Under the pieces are notes generated by a model. That model had not been told where the DNA came from and searched no databases. It saw only the letters and a list, made by a program, of their open reading frames with translations. The translations under genes and the position numbers were made by a program. Below are positions 1 to 10,877 of a stretch of 64,000 nt of DNA, piece after piece (position 1 is the first letter of the stretch; each line of letters starts with the position of its first letter). The DNA is from an uncultured delta proteobacterium. GTDB lineage: Bacteria; Desulfobacterota; Desulfobacteria; Desulfobacterales; QNYZ01. Location of the stretch: NCBI GenBank assembly GCA_963845145.1, contig CAWJQU010000003.1, positions 64,001 to 128,000 of the forward strand, written 5' to 3'.

Positions 1-145
1 GACAATTGTTTTGTCCTTTGGTGATCTTTTTGGCCATTGGTGGCATTGAGAAGCAGGAACAGACCTTTTCTTAGATGAAAACGAGAAGAGGGAAAGATAA
101 TTAATCGTTTTTTTTCGTTATTTGTTGCCGCCGAAATACCAATAC

Positions 146-1027
146 CTAAAACTCTTTTATCTTCTTTCCCGCAATCTGGGCAGCCTTGGCTTTCGGGTAT
201 TTTTTTATAAGCTCTTTTAGGATCAAACGGGCATTGGCTTTATCGCCTAATTTGTAAAAAGCCAGGCCCTGCTTAAGCATGGCATCCGGCGCTTTGTTGC
301 CCTTAGGATATGTCTCGATAACTTTCTGGTATTCGAGAATCGCCTTCTCATACCATTGCTCACGATAAAAAACCTCGGCAATCCAGAACTGGGCGTTATC
401 GGCATTATTAGATTTTGGGTACTGTTTCAATAAGGTCTGAAACAGTTCTCGGGCCGTTTCATCATCGCCATTATCAAAAGCCAACTTGGCTTTCTGATAA
501 AGTTCGGCCTCATTGGTGGGTGGCGTCGACGCCGGCGTCTCTTCTGCAACGCTCGGCGTGCTATCCGGTGTACTATTCCGGGAGCTATCTGAAACGGATC
601 GTTCGATGTTCAGATATTGTTCGAGATATTCGATCCGTTTTTTCGACTCGGCCATGGATTTTTCCAGCAGTTCCACCCGTTGTGAGTAACGGGTGTCGGC
701 CTGTCCTGAGGTGCCCAGTTCCTGGTTGAGCCGATGTTCCATCTCTTCCAGTTGCCCCTTGAGCTCTCGTGTTTCCTGGCGCATGCCGTCCAGCGTAGCC
801 GTTAAGGTGGCGGATTGGTTGCGCGTTTGTTGCGCATCATCCTTATAAGCCGACAATTCACGGGAAATGACATCACGACTGTTTTTCAACGCACTATTTT
901 GCTGCTGGACCTGTTGTTCCAGATTGTAAAGCCGCTCGTCTATGGGATAGAGGTCCTGCGGTGTTACACACCCGGATAAACCAACGACCAGCAGCAAAAG
1001 CACGTATATTAGAAAAATGCGTATCAT
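146..1027 (-). CDS. cpoB: Tol-Pal system protein CpoB/YbgF (lipoprotein, coiled coil + TPR)
   Basis: Lipobox LSGC, coiled coil, C-terminal TPRs (ADNAQFWIAE, YEKAILEYQKVI, APDAMLKQG); last gene of the tol-pal operon. Confidence 0.92.
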   Translation of the reverse strand: MIRIFLIYVLLLLVVGLSGCVTPQDLYPIDERLYNLEQQVQQQNSALKNSRDVISRELSAYKDDAQQTRNQSATLTATLDGMRQETRELKGQLEEMEHRLNQELGTSGQADTRYSQRVELLEKSMAESKKRIEYLEQYLNIERSVSDSSRNSTPDSTPSVAEETPASTPPTNEAELYQKAKLAFDNGDDETARELFQTLLKQYPKSNNADNAQFWIAEVFYREQWYEKAILEYQKVIETYPKGNKAPDAMLKQGLAFYKLGDKANARLILKELIKKYPKAKAAQIAGKKIKEF

Positions 1028-1067
1028 GGCCTCGAATCTATCTTATTCTTTTCAGTTAAAAGGAATA

Positions 1068-1625
1068 TTACTTAATGACAAATTGAGCCCTTCTGTTTTT
1101 TGCCCAGCCCCCCTCTCCGCTTCCCATATCGAGAGGTCGTTCTTCACCGAAGCTTACCGTCGTCAAGCGTGATGCATCAACACCCAGGCTGATTAAAAAC
1201 CTTTTGGCGCTCTCGGCCCGACGGTCGCCCAGAGCCAAGTTGTACTCAATCGTCCCTCTTTCATCGCAATGACCTTCAATAACCGCCCGATTGTCCGGAT
1301 TTTGCTGCAGCCAGACCGCTTTTTCCTTAAGGTTTTCCTGGGCCATATCGTCAAGGATAGAGCTGTCATAAGCAAATTGTACATGTGCGTTTTCAAACAT
1401 ATCCCGGGCCTTTTTCATCATTTCGGCCTTAAGCGCTTCTTCTTTCATTCGTTGTTCTTCGAGCTTTTTTTGCCGTTCCAGCTCCGCCTTTCTTGCCTTT
1501 TCAGCGGCATCGCCAGTTTCCATCGCGGAACCTTTTTTAACGGCCTTTTTCGCACATGACGTTGTGAGCAGCAGGCCGGGGACGACCAATATCAACGCCA
1601 TGACGATCCACATTGTTTTACGCAT
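1068..1625 (-). CDS. pal: Peptidoglycan-associated lipoprotein Pal
   Basis: Lipobox TTSC; OmpA-like motifs [20 protein letters not shown] and NRRA; GGAGGAG RBS before ATG 1625. Confidence 0.95.
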   Translation of the reverse strand: MRKTMWIVMALILVVPGLLLTTSCAKKAVKKGSAMETGDAAEKARKAELERQKKLEEQRMKEEALKAEMMKKARDMFENAHVQFAYDSSILDDMAQENLKEKAVWLQQNPDNRAVIEGHCDERGTIEYNLALGDRRAESAKRFLISLGVDASRLTTVSFGEERPLDMGSGEGGWAKNRRAQFVIK

Positions 1626-1699
1626 GTTCTCTCCTCCTTGTTTACATTTGGTAGTACTCAAAAGACGTAATTACCACATCCATTGGCCAGTTGATTCTA

Positions 1700-3052
1700 T
1701 TATGAGTCCTGGCCCATGACATTCCCAGACCATTTGGGTTCACTCTGTTTTCCGGGAAGATCGATTAACCGCCGTTCATCCGTCCCGTAGGCGGTCATAA
1801 TATAGATTCTTGATGTTCCTTCACGATTGGTACTGAACACAATCAGGCTGCCATCCGGTGACCACGAAGCGGACTCACAATCCCCCCCGTTTTGGGTTAA
1901 CTGAACAAGACCGCTGCCATCCGTGCCAATCACGCGGATATTTAAACCACTTTTGTCCATGGCGCTAAATGCGATTCGGTCTCCAAGGGGTGACCAAGCC
2001 GGCTGAGTATTGTTTTTACCGTCAAATGTCAAGCGCCGCGTCTTACCTGAAGCGATTTCCTGGATATAGAGCTGCGGCGAACCGGCACGTTTTGAAACAA
2101 AGGCGATTTGCTTTCCGTCCGGAGACCAAGCCGCAGAGACATCAATACCCTTACTTTGAGTCAACCTTTTAGTAATTTTTCCAGTTTCGGTCAATAGATA
2201 AATTTCCGGGTCTCCCTCAAACGACAAGGTCGCAGCCAATTTCAGTTGCCCCGGCATCCAGCTAGGCGCAATATTGATTCCCTTTTTAGAAATCACGGCG
2301 CCGATCTTTTTTTGGATATGTTTAATATAAAGGTCCGGCTTACCTTTCGCATAAGATGTATATGCCAGCCACTGGCCGTCGGAGGACCACGCCGGTGAAA
2401 GGCTAATATTTTTGTGATGCGTCACCCGGACCGGGTCCTTGCCGTCAAAATCGCAAACAAATATCTCTTTTTTGCCCTCAACCGTGGACACGAACGTAAT
2501 TTTGCTGTCAAACAGACCGCGATTGCCGGTTAAGGTAAAAATGACCTCACCACAAAACCGTCGAATGATGCGCCGCAAATCCGCCTGGCGCCCTTTATAA
2601 CGTTTGCCCACAAGCAATTCACCTTTAAAGGTGTCAAACAGTCGCAACTCCATGGTCAACAGTCCGGCTTCGAATGCAATCCCACCGGTCACCAGTAGCT
2701 CCGCCCCAATACCCGTCCAGTTTTTAAACGTAATCTCGCGGGCCAAAATATTGGGAGATTTAGGATCAACCAGATAAGCGGCTGAATCCAGCAACTTGAA
2801 ATAACCGGTGTATACCAGCATGTCGGAAAGCATCGTTGCAGCCCGGCCAGAAAGCTGGGTTTCTATGGGATTGCCGTTAAATGCTTTAAAAGCGGGGATG
2901 GCCGTTGGGATTTTTCGTAAGGCCGGGCTGTTAATGTCCACATAATCATAACGCGCGCCCATGGCCAACGGTACCGCGCAAAAGCAAATCAGTACTCCCG
3001 TTAGTAAGACCGATACGCTCCGAACAATGCCTTTTGTAGCAGCTATATGCAT
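1700..3052 (-). CDS. tolB: Tol-Pal beta-propeller protein TolB
   Basis: TolB N-domain plus repeated PD40 motifs (SPAWSSDG, AWSPDG, SWSPDG). Confidence 0.95.
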   Translation of the reverse strand: MHIAATKGIVRSVSVLLTGVLICFCAVPLAMGARYDYVDINSPALRKIPTAIPAFKAFNGNPIETQLSGRAATMLSDMLVYTGYFKLLDSAAYLVDPKSPNILAREITFKNWTGIGAELLVTGGIAFEAGLLTMELRLFDTFKGELLVGKRYKGRQADLRRIIRRFCGEVIFTLTGNRGLFDSKITFVSTVEGKKEIFVCDFDGKDPVRVTHHKNISLSPAWSSDGQWLAYTSYAKGKPDLYIKHIQKKIGAVISKKGINIAPSWMPGQLKLAATLSFEGDPEIYLLTETGKITKRLTQSKGIDVSAAWSPDGKQIAFVSKRAGSPQLYIQEIASGKTRRLTFDGKNNTQPAWSPLGDRIAFSAMDKSGLNIRVIGTDGSGLVQLTQNGGDCESASWSPDGSLIVFSTNREGTSRIYIMTAYGTDERRLIDLPGKQSEPKWSGNVMGQDS

Positions 3053-3101
3053 AGTGTATTCCTACTTTTTCAGACCTTTGGGGTTTATAATCTCATTTTT
3101 T

Positions 3102-4050
3102 TTATTTTACGCCTTCCGGTGTAAAAATCATGCCCAGTTCGTAAAACGGATAGCGATATCCCGGTGGTAAGGGTGGCAAGGGACTAGACTTTTGAATGGC
3201 CTTATAGGCGGAATCATCCAGATAGCGATTGCCCGATCGTTTTTCAAACCAGATATCGGCAATCTGGCCGTCCGGCATGATTTTTACCACCACTACGGCC
3301 TCTATTTTACCTATATTTCCAGCCAGTTGGCTTGAGAAAGCCCAATTTTCATTTATACGGTAAGGAATTTCCGCCCGGTAAATATCCATCATTTCAATCG
3401 CCCGGCGGCCGCCGACTAAACCGCTTTTACCCCCTGCGCCCCCGCCCTGATTGGCCATTTTCTTTTTCAACTGGTCTACCGGGCCGGTTTTTCCGACTTG
3501 TTTGCGTATATTATCGATCGCTTTTTTGACCTGCCGGGCATCGGAATCCTTGACCTTTTTTTCCAAACGGTCAATGGTTTTTTTCACGGTCTTTTGGGTT
3601 TGAAAGGTCTTTTTTTTAAGCGATTTTTTGGGCTTGTAAATCTTTTTTTTCGGCTTTTTGGTTGAAATGGATATGGCCGCTTTCGGCTCCGGTTTGGGCT
3701 CTTCGATTTTGGGCTTTGGCTTCTCAACCGGAACCGCTTTTTCTGGCTTGGGTTCCGGTGGCGGTTCTACCGTTTCGGCTTTTTTTTGAGTTTCTTCCGC
3801 CTTCGGTGCGGAAGTGGTTTCAATGGTTGTCGTCGATGCGGCGGGCCCAGGGAGAGAAACCATACGCACGCTGATGGCCGGTGGCAAAGACAAGGGGTCG
3901 TGGTGACCTGAATTTGGGAAGAATCACGGCAGTCAATACCAGCGACAGGTGAAGGGCCACCGACACTGCGACAAATAACACCAGGGACCAGGGATCTTCA
4001 GAGTGCCCGTATGCCGATGGACTGGATGCAACCGTTGGTCTCAGTCTCAT
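3102..4050 (-). pseudogene. tolA: TolA/TonB-like protein with one frameshift near 3894-3897 (probably a sequencing error)
   Basis: TM anchor with SVALH motif in ORF 3820..4050; Lys/Pro-rich linker and TonB/TolA C-domain in ORF 3102..3893; the frames join if one base of the G4 run is removed. Confidence 0.85.
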
Positions 4051-4490
4051 TTTTTTTCGGCTTTTGTCTCTTTATCCTCTGTCGCGGATTGAAGCGGTTC
4101 GGTCACCATACCGAGCTTCTCCACGCCGGCCCCTTGAATTTGGGCCATGATCTGGGCAACAATGCCGTAAGGCACCCGCTTATCCGCACGGAAAAATACT
4201 TCACGATCTTTTCTTCCGGCCAGGATGGCACTTAATTTTTCACTAAGATGATCCACAGTCAGCTTGAAGTCGTTGATGAAAACCTCATGGTTTTCATTGA
4301 CTGTAATAATCAAGTGCTCCTTTTCCGATTGTAATGGTTCGGCCGTTGTTTGAGGAAGGGTTACATCGACCCCCTGCACCATCATCGGTGCGGTGACCAT
4401 AAATATAATCAACAACACCAACATCACATCCACGAGTGGCGTCACATTGATATCCGCCATGAACCCATCGCCGTTACTGCTGAATGCCAC
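4047..4490 (-). CDS. tolR: TolR/ExbD
   Basis: DINVTPLVDVMLVLLIIFMV motif; operon position. Confidence 0.93.
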   Translation of the reverse strand: MAFSSNGDGFMADINVTPLVDVMLVLLIIFMVTAPMMVQGVDVTLPQTTAEPLQSEKEHLIITVNENHEVFINDFKLTVDHLSEKLSAILAGRKDREVFFRADKRVPYGIVAQIMAQIQGAGVEKLGMVTEPLQSATEDKETKAEKK

Positions 4491-4492
4491 GT

Positions 4493-5218
4493 CTATTTCC
4501 TCCTGCTGGCCAGGATGTCTCGTTCGACAATATTTAAAAAATCCGCTGAAAAACTCTGCAATTCTGTCTCAACCACGCGAATCTTTTGAGTAAAGTAATT
4601 AAAGGCGATGACGGCGGGGATGGCAGCCGCCAAACCGGCGGCAGTGGCGACCAACGCTTCAGAAATACCCGGGGCCACGACGGCAAGACTGGCCGATCCC
4701 CGCAAACCGATACCGTGAAACGAGTTCATAATTCCCCAAACCGTTCCGAAAAGTCCAATGAACGGTGTCGCATTTCCCGTGGTGGCCAAAAATGGAACCA
4801 GTTGATTCATTCGGGTCAGTTCCGTCGTTACCGATCGACGCAAAACCCGCTGAATACTTTCACTCCCCGAAAGATGGATAGTTAAAGGGGCTTTTTCGGC
4901 ATCGCCACTGGAACCATCCTTGTAGCCGGGTCTTTGCACCACCTTGCGCAATTCCAGATAACCGGCATGAAATACACGGGCAATGGGGCTGTTTTGAAAT
5001 TGGCGACATTTTGTATTGGCATCGGAAAGATCGCCGCTTTTCCAGAAATAGTCAATAAATTGAGACGATTCTTGAAAGGCTCGTCGAATATGGCGAAATT
5101 TTATAAAAATAATGGCCCAGGAAAAAACGGAAAAAAACAATAAAATGGCCAGAACTAACTGGACGACAATTCCGGCGCTCCGGACCATCTGAAAGAGGTC
5201 CATGCCCTGTGAAAACAT
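4493..5218 (-). CDS. tolQ: TolQ/ExbB
   Basis: TPFIGLFGTVWGIM and APGISEALVATAAGL motifs. Confidence 0.94.
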   Translation of the reverse strand: MFSQGMDLFQMVRSAGIVVQLVLAILLFFSVFSWAIIFIKFRHIRRAFQESSQFIDYFWKSGDLSDANTKCRQFQNSPIARVFHAGYLELRKVVQRPGYKDGSSGDAEKAPLTIHLSGSESIQRVLRRSVTTELTRMNQLVPFLATTGNATPFIGLFGTVWGIMNSFHGIGLRGSASLAVVAPGISEALVATAAGLAAAIPAVIAFNYFTQKIRVVETELQSFSADFLNIVERDILASRRK

Positions 5219-5567
5219 CGCTTATTGGTCTCCTAAGAATGAATATTCCGTAACACTCAAGCGCCTGAGTCGGTATTCTCCGGTAAACATACGGTTTAAA
5301 TATCGCTTTACCGGAGAATATACGCGCCCCAAACAAAAATAGCCCAAAACAGATGATAGGTGGTTACGGGTAATTTGTGTGTCTGATTAGTACATATGCA
5401 AATTAAATGTCAAGCGGATAGGCAGGGTTACAACCCTCTGCGCCGGGCCGTTTCTATCGTCCGATCGAACTATCGGGCCTGATCTATTCGGCAAAATCAC
5501 CTTGACGAAAATGGGGAATTCGTATAGTAATATTTCCTTTTATTTTCACCTCAATAGGGAGGGTCGG

Positions 5568-6209
5568 ATGAACTGGCTCATCACCACCTTGAGCACATCC
5601 ATCGGGAAGAAATTATTGATGGCGGCAACAGGGCTGGGTTTTGTCTCGTTTCTGGCGGTTCACCTGGCCGGCAACCTCACCCTATACGCAGGAAGAGACG
5701 CCTTTATCTCTTATTCCGAGCATCTTCATGCCCTGGGACCCATTATTCACATCGCTGAAATCGGCCTGTTAACCATGGCGGTTATCCATGTATCCATCGG
5801 CACCTTGCTTTTCTTGCAAAACCGGTTGGCCCGATCTTCGCGTTACAAAATGGATGTTCGTGCCGGAGGGCGAACCATCGGCTCGGCCACCATGCCGTAT
5901 ACCGGTTTTGTTATTCTGGCTTTTGTCCTTCTTCATCTCCTTCAGTTTCATTTTGTCGACAAAACCCATACCAATATTTTCCAGATCGTTGCTGCGGCAT
6001 TTAACACCCCAATATATATGGTAATTTATACATTGGTCATGGGTGTTTTGGCCATCCACATTAGCCACGGGTTCTGGAGTCTTTTTCAAACCTTGGGTTT
6101 TAATCACGCCAAGTATTCACCGGCTATATTTGTCGCCGGCATTGCGATTAGCATTATCTTTGGAATCGGTTTCGGCTTTTTACCGATCTACGTCGCTTTC
6201 AGCGTTTAA
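5568..6209 (+). CDS. sdhC: Succinate dehydrogenase/fumarate reductase cytochrome b558 subunit
   Basis: SIGKKLLMAATG, heme His residues in TM helices, HGFWSLFQTLG; GGAGG RBS before ATG 5568. Confidence 0.9.
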   Translation: MNWLITTLSTSIGKKLLMAATGLGFVSFLAVHLAGNLTLYAGRDAFISYSEHLHALGPIIHIAEIGLLTMAVIHVSIGTLLFLQNRLARSSRYKMDVRAGGRTIGSATMPYTGFVILAFVLLHLLQFHFVDKTHTNIFQIVAAAFNTPIYMVIYTLVMGVLAIHISHGFWSLFQTLGFNHAKYSPAIFVAGIAISIIFGIGFGFLPIYVAFSV

Positions 6210-6218
6210 GGAGGCTGC

Positions 6219-8132
6219 ATGCAGCTCGACGCACACATTCCCGGCGGTCCTATCACCGAAAAATGGGACCGGCACCGTTTTGAACTTAAGCTCGTCAACC
6301 CCGCCAATAAACGAAAATTCGACATCATCGTGGTCGGTACCGGCCTGGCCGGCGGATCGGCCGCGGCATCTTTGGCCGAGTTGGGTTATCAGGTCAAAAA
6401 CTTCTGTATACAGGATTCGCCGCGTCGGGCCCACAGCATTGCCGCCCAAGGGGGCATCAATGCCGCCAAAAATTATACCAATGAGGGGGACAGCATCTGG
6501 CGGTTGTTCTACGATACCGTTAAAGGTGGCGATTTCCGTTCCCGGGAAGCAAATGTGTATCGGCTGGCCCAAATCAGCAATAACATTATAGATCAATGCG
6601 TGGCCCAGGGGGTTCCTTTCGCGCGCGATTACGGCGGTTTACTGGCCAACCGATCATTTGGCGGCGCCCAGGTCTCACGAACTTTTTACGCTAAAGGCCA
6701 GACGGGACAGCAGCTTCTGTTGGGCGCATATAGTGCCTTATCGCGCCAGGTGGCGGAAGGCAAAGTGACCTTGTATCCTCGGCGGGAAATGCTCGAACCG
6801 GTTATTATCAACGGCCGGGCTCGGGGGATTGTGGTTCGCAACCTTGTTACCGGCGAGATTGAAACCCACACCGCCCACGCCGTGGTCCTCTGCACGGGTG
6901 GCTATGGCAATGCATTCTTTCTTTCCACCAACGCCATGGGCAGCAACGTTACGGCGGCCTATCGCACGTATCGCCGAGGGGCGTTGTTTGCCAACCCCTG
7001 CTTTACCCAGATTCACCCGACCTGCATTCCGGTGCATGGATCGTATCAGGCCAAACTGACACTGATGAGTGAATCTTTACGAAACGACGGCCGCGTCTGG
7101 GTACCCAAGGACCCGAAGGATCAGCGTCGTCCGGGGCAAATCCCCGAATCGGAACGCTACTATTACCTTGAGGACAAGTACCCCAGCTTCGGCAATCTCG
7201 TTCCCAGGGATGTGGCCTCACGTAATGCCAAACTGCAATGTGACCAGGGTATGGGCGTGGGCGATACCGGACTGGCCGTCTATCTCGATTTTGCCGATGC
7301 CATCCAACGGGACGGGAAGGCCGCCATCGAGAAGAAGTACGGCAACCTGTTCCAGATGTATGACAAAATCATGGCCCAATCCCCTTATGAGGACCCAATG
7401 ATGATCTATCCGGCGGTCCACTACACCATGGGGGGCTTGTGGGTCGATTATAATTTAATGAGCACCATCGATGGCCTGTTTGTTATAGGAGAAGCCAATT
7501 TTTCCGACCATGGCGCCAATCGTCTGGGTGCCAGTGCACTGATGCAAGGCCTGGCGGATGGTTATTTCGTGCTACCTTACACCATTGGCGGATACCTGGC
7601 CGGCACGGAGCTGGAAGAGATCAACACCGACCATTCAGCATTTCGTGACACCGTTACCCTGGTTAAAGAGGGGGTTGAACGATTACTGGCCATCAATGGT
7701 CGACGAACGGCGGACGATTTTCACCGCCAATTAGGGTTGATCATGTGGGATTATTGCGGCATGTCACGCAATAATCAAGGTTTGGCCAAAGCCAAAGAGA
7801 TGATTCAGGAACTTCGCGCTGAATTTTGGGAAAATGTTCTGGTTCCCGGGAAATCGGCCGATTTCAACCAGAGCCTGGAACGGGCCGGCCGAGTGGCCGA
7901 TTTTCTCGAATTCAACGAACTGATGATCATTGATGCCCAGGCCCGACAGGAGTCCTGCGGCGGCCATTTTAATGAAGCCTATCAGACCGATGAAAATGAA
8001 GCCCTGCGTGATGATGACAATTTTTGCCATGTCAGTGCCTGGGAACATCGGGGAACGGAAAAACCACCCGAGCAACATATCGAACCGCTTACTTTCGAAC
8101 ATGTCCCCTTAACTCAAAGGAGTTACAAGTGA
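6219..8132 (+). CDS. sdhA: Succinate dehydrogenase/fumarate reductase flavoprotein subunit
   Basis: GTGLAG Rossmann motif, AHSIAAQGG covalent-FAD motif, QIHPT, HYTMGG, HGANRLG. Confidence 0.95.
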   Translation: MQLDAHIPGGPITEKWDRHRFELKLVNPANKRKFDIIVVGTGLAGGSAAASLAELGYQVKNFCIQDSPRRAHSIAAQGGINAAKNYTNEGDSIWRLFYDTVKGGDFRSREANVYRLAQISNNIIDQCVAQGVPFARDYGGLLANRSFGGAQVSRTFYAKGQTGQQLLLGAYSALSRQVAEGKVTLYPRREMLEPVIINGRARGIVVRNLVTGEIETHTAHAVVLCTGGYGNAFFLSTNAMGSNVTAAYRTYRRGALFANPCFTQIHPTCIPVHGSYQAKLTLMSESLRNDGRVWVPKDPKDQRRPGQIPESERYYYLEDKYPSFGNLVPRDVASRNAKLQCDQGMGVGDTGLAVYLDFADAIQRDGKAAIEKKYGNLFQMYDKIMAQSPYEDPMMIYPAVHYTMGGLWVDYNLMSTIDGLFVIGEANFSDHGANRLGASALMQGLADGYFVLPYTIGGYLAGTELEEINTDHSAFRDTVTLVKEGVERLLAINGRRTADDFHRQLGLIMWDYCGMSRNNQGLAKAKEMIQELRAEFWENVLVPGKSADFNQSLERAGRVADFLEFNELMIIDAQARQESCGGHFNEAYQTDENEALRDDDNFCHVSAWEHRGTEKPPEQHIEPLTFEHVPLTQRSYK

Positions 8133-8896
8133 CCGAACGAACCCTCCGGTTGACATTAAAAATCTGGCGCCAACGAGGGCCTAAGGAAAAAGGCCGTTTG
8201 GAAACCTATCATACCGACTATATTTCCACGGATATGTCGTTTCTCGAAATGTTAGATGTGGTCAACGAACAGCTGACCAAGGACGGTCGGGAACCCATTG
8301 CCTTTGATCATGATTGTCGCGAAGGGATCTGCGGCACCTGTGGATCGGTGGTCAACGGTCGCCCCCATGGGCCTGAAAAAGCGACGACACTTTGCCAGCT
8401 TCACATGCGGCACTTTGCCGACGGCCAGACCATTGTCATCGAACCGTTTCGTTCCCGGGCCTTTCCAATCGTCAAAGACCTGGTCGTTGATCGTAGTGCT
8501 TTGGATCAGCTCATTCAGGCCGGTGGTTTTATTTCGGCCAATACCGGCGCCGTACCTGAAGCCAATGCCATTTTAGTTCCCCAGAAAAACGCCGAAGCCG
8601 CCATGGATGCCGCTGCGTGTATCGGTTGTGGGGCCTGCGTGGCGGCCTGCCCCAATGCATCGGCCATGCTTTTTGTGGGTGCCAAAGTGTCCCATCTCGG
8701 ATTGCTGCCGCAAGGCCGGCCGGAAGCCGCCGCGCGGGCGCTCGGCATGGTGAAACGGATGGACAAGCTTGGTTTCGGAAATTGCTCCAATGAACGCGAA
8801 TGTGAGGCTGAATGCCCCAAGGAAATCTCTATCATCAATATCGCACGCCTGAACCGTGAATTCATCAAAGCCGGCTTTTTCTCAACCCAAACATAA
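8129..8896 (+). CDS. sdhB: Succinate dehydrogenase/fumarate reductase iron-sulfur subunit
   Basis: [21 protein letters not shown] and [12 protein letters not shown] cluster motifs; GTG 8129 overlaps the sdhA stop. Confidence 0.94.
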   Translation: MTERTLRLTLKIWRQRGPKEKGRLETYHTDYISTDMSFLEMLDVVNEQLTKDGREPIAFDHDCREGICGTCGSVVNGRPHGPEKATTLCQLHMRHFADGQTIVIEPFRSRAFPIVKDLVVDRSALDQLIQAGGFISANTGAVPEANAILVPQKNAEAAMDAAACIGCGACVAACPNASAMLFVGAKVSHLGLLPQGRPEAAARALGMVKRMDKLGFGNCSNERECEAECPKEISIINIARLNREFIKAGFFSTQT

Positions 8897-8920
8897 AAAA
8901 CAACCACTTCGCATATTTAA

Positions 8921-10036
8921 ATGGCCGATATAAGACAACGGTATACCCAATTCATGGATGCTTTGAGCGGTCATCCGCTTGAAATCCTGCTGATTAAAGC
9001 GGTGGTTGTTCTGGCCGCCATCGTTCTATCATGGATAGTTTTAAAGTGGCTGGTACGGGTCATTGAACGCCGCTTGATCAAATATCCGTTCATCCAGGAG
9101 CATCGAAAGATATTCGGTGTCATTGAAAAACTGGGTAGCTACGCCTTGGTTCTGGTGGCCGGAACCTATTTCATCCAATTATTTGACATCCAGGCTTTCT
9201 CAAAACCCTTTTATGCTCTGCTAATCATCCTTGTGGCCACACCGGTCAAGAATTTCCTACTGGTGCTCAACACCTATCTCAACAAGCATGTGGCGGCTAA
9301 AACCTCAACCAAAGTCGATGATATCGTTTTCGATCTTTTGAACCGCCTGATCAGCATTATCGTCTACTGCACCGCCGCCATCCTGGCCCTCGATTTTCTG
9401 GGTGTGAATGTCCTACCGTTTATTGCCAGTGCCGGCGTAATCGGTATCGCCGTGGGGTTTGCCGCCAAAGACACCTTGTCCAACCTTATCGCCGGCGTAC
9501 TGCTACTGGTCGATCGACCCTTTGAGGTCGGTGACCGGATTCAACTATGGCAGGCGCCGCCGGGAGGCTCTTCCTGGGGCGATGTCGTCAATATCGGGCT
9601 ACGGGGAACTAAGATCAAAACCACCGATAATATTATTGTCGTGATTCCCAACAACTCGATCATGACCCGCGACATTATCAATTACACAGCCAATGATTCC
9701 ATTATTCGCGTGCGTATCAACATCGGTGTTGCCTACGATACGGATATTGAAAAAGCCAAAAAGCTGATCATTGACGTTGCCGCTACGGCGGAATGGATCC
9801 TTTCCAGCCCGGCCCCCAAAGTCGTTGTACGCAATTTTGGGGAATCGGCCATTGATATGCAATTACGGGTTTGGATTGCCGACGCCCGTCGCCGAATGGA
9901 TACGATTTCTTTCATCACGGATCATGTGAAAACGGTTTTTGGGAAAAAAGGAATTGAGATCCCCTACCCCAAACGGGAAATTCGCATAATAAACGAAACG
10001 CCCGCCCCGCCAACCACCGATCCAAATGACGCATAG
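8921..10036 (+). CDS. Small-conductance mechanosensitive channel (MscS family)
   Basis: AGVIGIAVGFAAKDTLSN, RPFEVGDRI, IPN, IEIPYP. Confidence 0.9.
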   Translation: MADIRQRYTQFMDALSGHPLEILLIKAVVVLAAIVLSWIVLKWLVRVIERRLIKYPFIQEHRKIFGVIEKLGSYALVLVAGTYFIQLFDIQAFSKPFYALLIILVATPVKNFLLVLNTYLNKHVAAKTSTKVDDIVFDLLNRLISIIVYCTAAILALDFLGVNVLPFIASAGVIGIAVGFAAKDTLSNLIAGVLLLVDRPFEVGDRIQLWQAPPGGSSWGDVVNIGLRGTKIKTTDNIIVVIPNNSIMTRDIINYTANDSIIRVRINIGVAYDTDIEKAKKLIIDVAATAEWILSSPAPKVVVRNFGESAIDMQLRVWIADARRRMDTISFITDHVKTVFGKKGIEIPYPKREIRIINETPAPPTTDPNDA

Positions 10037-10055
10037 AGCGGCCCGCCGGTTAACA

Positions 10056-10835
10056 TTACAATTCTTTTAAAGTAATATGGCTCCCATACAAAACAGCGGC
10101 TATGCGGGCCGTTTCTGCGGTTAAATCGGTGACCCACACGGTCACACGGGGCTGGACTAAAGAATTACCCGATCCGTTGTCGCGGGCAGGAATGATTTCC
10201 CCAAGTTTACGAACCAGTGGTTTGCTGGGATCCACCAGTGTCACCCGCCGGCCTATTTTTCGACCGATAATTCGATCAAGAATACTGTAGTAGGGGTTGG
10301 CAAGAATTAATGTATCGATTTGACGAACCTTGAGCGGGTGCAGACACTTTTTTATAATAAGGAATGATTCCGGTTTGTTCATTCGATCCGCATAAATTAA
10401 GGGGACAAACAGCGGACAGGCTGAAGCGGATACACTGGCCTTCGGTTGTAGATGCTGAATAACTTCTGGGTAACGCCCGCTTTCAAGTAAAGCCGCTGAG
10501 CCGATGATACCGATCCGTCCCGTTTTGGAAACGGCCAGGGCCTGCTCTGCCGCCGGCACGACACCATCTACTACCGGCACATCCATTGCTGCGGCCAGGT
10601 ACTGGCCGGCCACACCGCCAATGGTGTGACAAGCCACCACAATGAGGCGAGCGCCCTGCTCTCTTAAAAACCCCGCCCCACCCAGTGCAAATTCGCAAAT
10701 CGTTTTGGCACTCTTCGTGCCGTAAGGTGCGCGGGCCGTGTCGCCAAAATAGACGATATCCTCGGCGGGCCATTTTTGTTGAAGGGTACGAAGAGTGATG
10801 AGTCCCCCTATGCCCGAATCAAGAATGCCAATCAT
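10056..10835 (-). CDS. Glutamate racemase (MurI)-like protein with degenerate active site
   Basis: DSGIGG, YFGDTARAPYGTKS and VVACHT are present, but LILANPYY replaces LILGCTHY. Confidence 0.8.
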   Translation of the reverse strand: MIGILDSGIGGLITLRTLQQKWPAEDIVYFGDTARAPYGTKSAKTICEFALGGAGFLREQGARLIVVACHTIGGVAGQYLAAAMDVPVVDGVVPAAEQALAVSKTGRIGIIGSAALLESGRYPEVIQHLQPKASVSASACPLFVPLIYADRMNKPESFLIIKKCLHPLKVRQIDTLILANPYYSILDRIIGRKIGRRVTLVDPSKPLVRKLGEIIPARDNGSGNSLVQPRVTVWVTDLTAETARIAAVLYGSHITLKEL

Positions 10836-10877
10836 CAGTCCCCCTTCTTTCAATTAGATCGAAACGCCCGCGTAATG

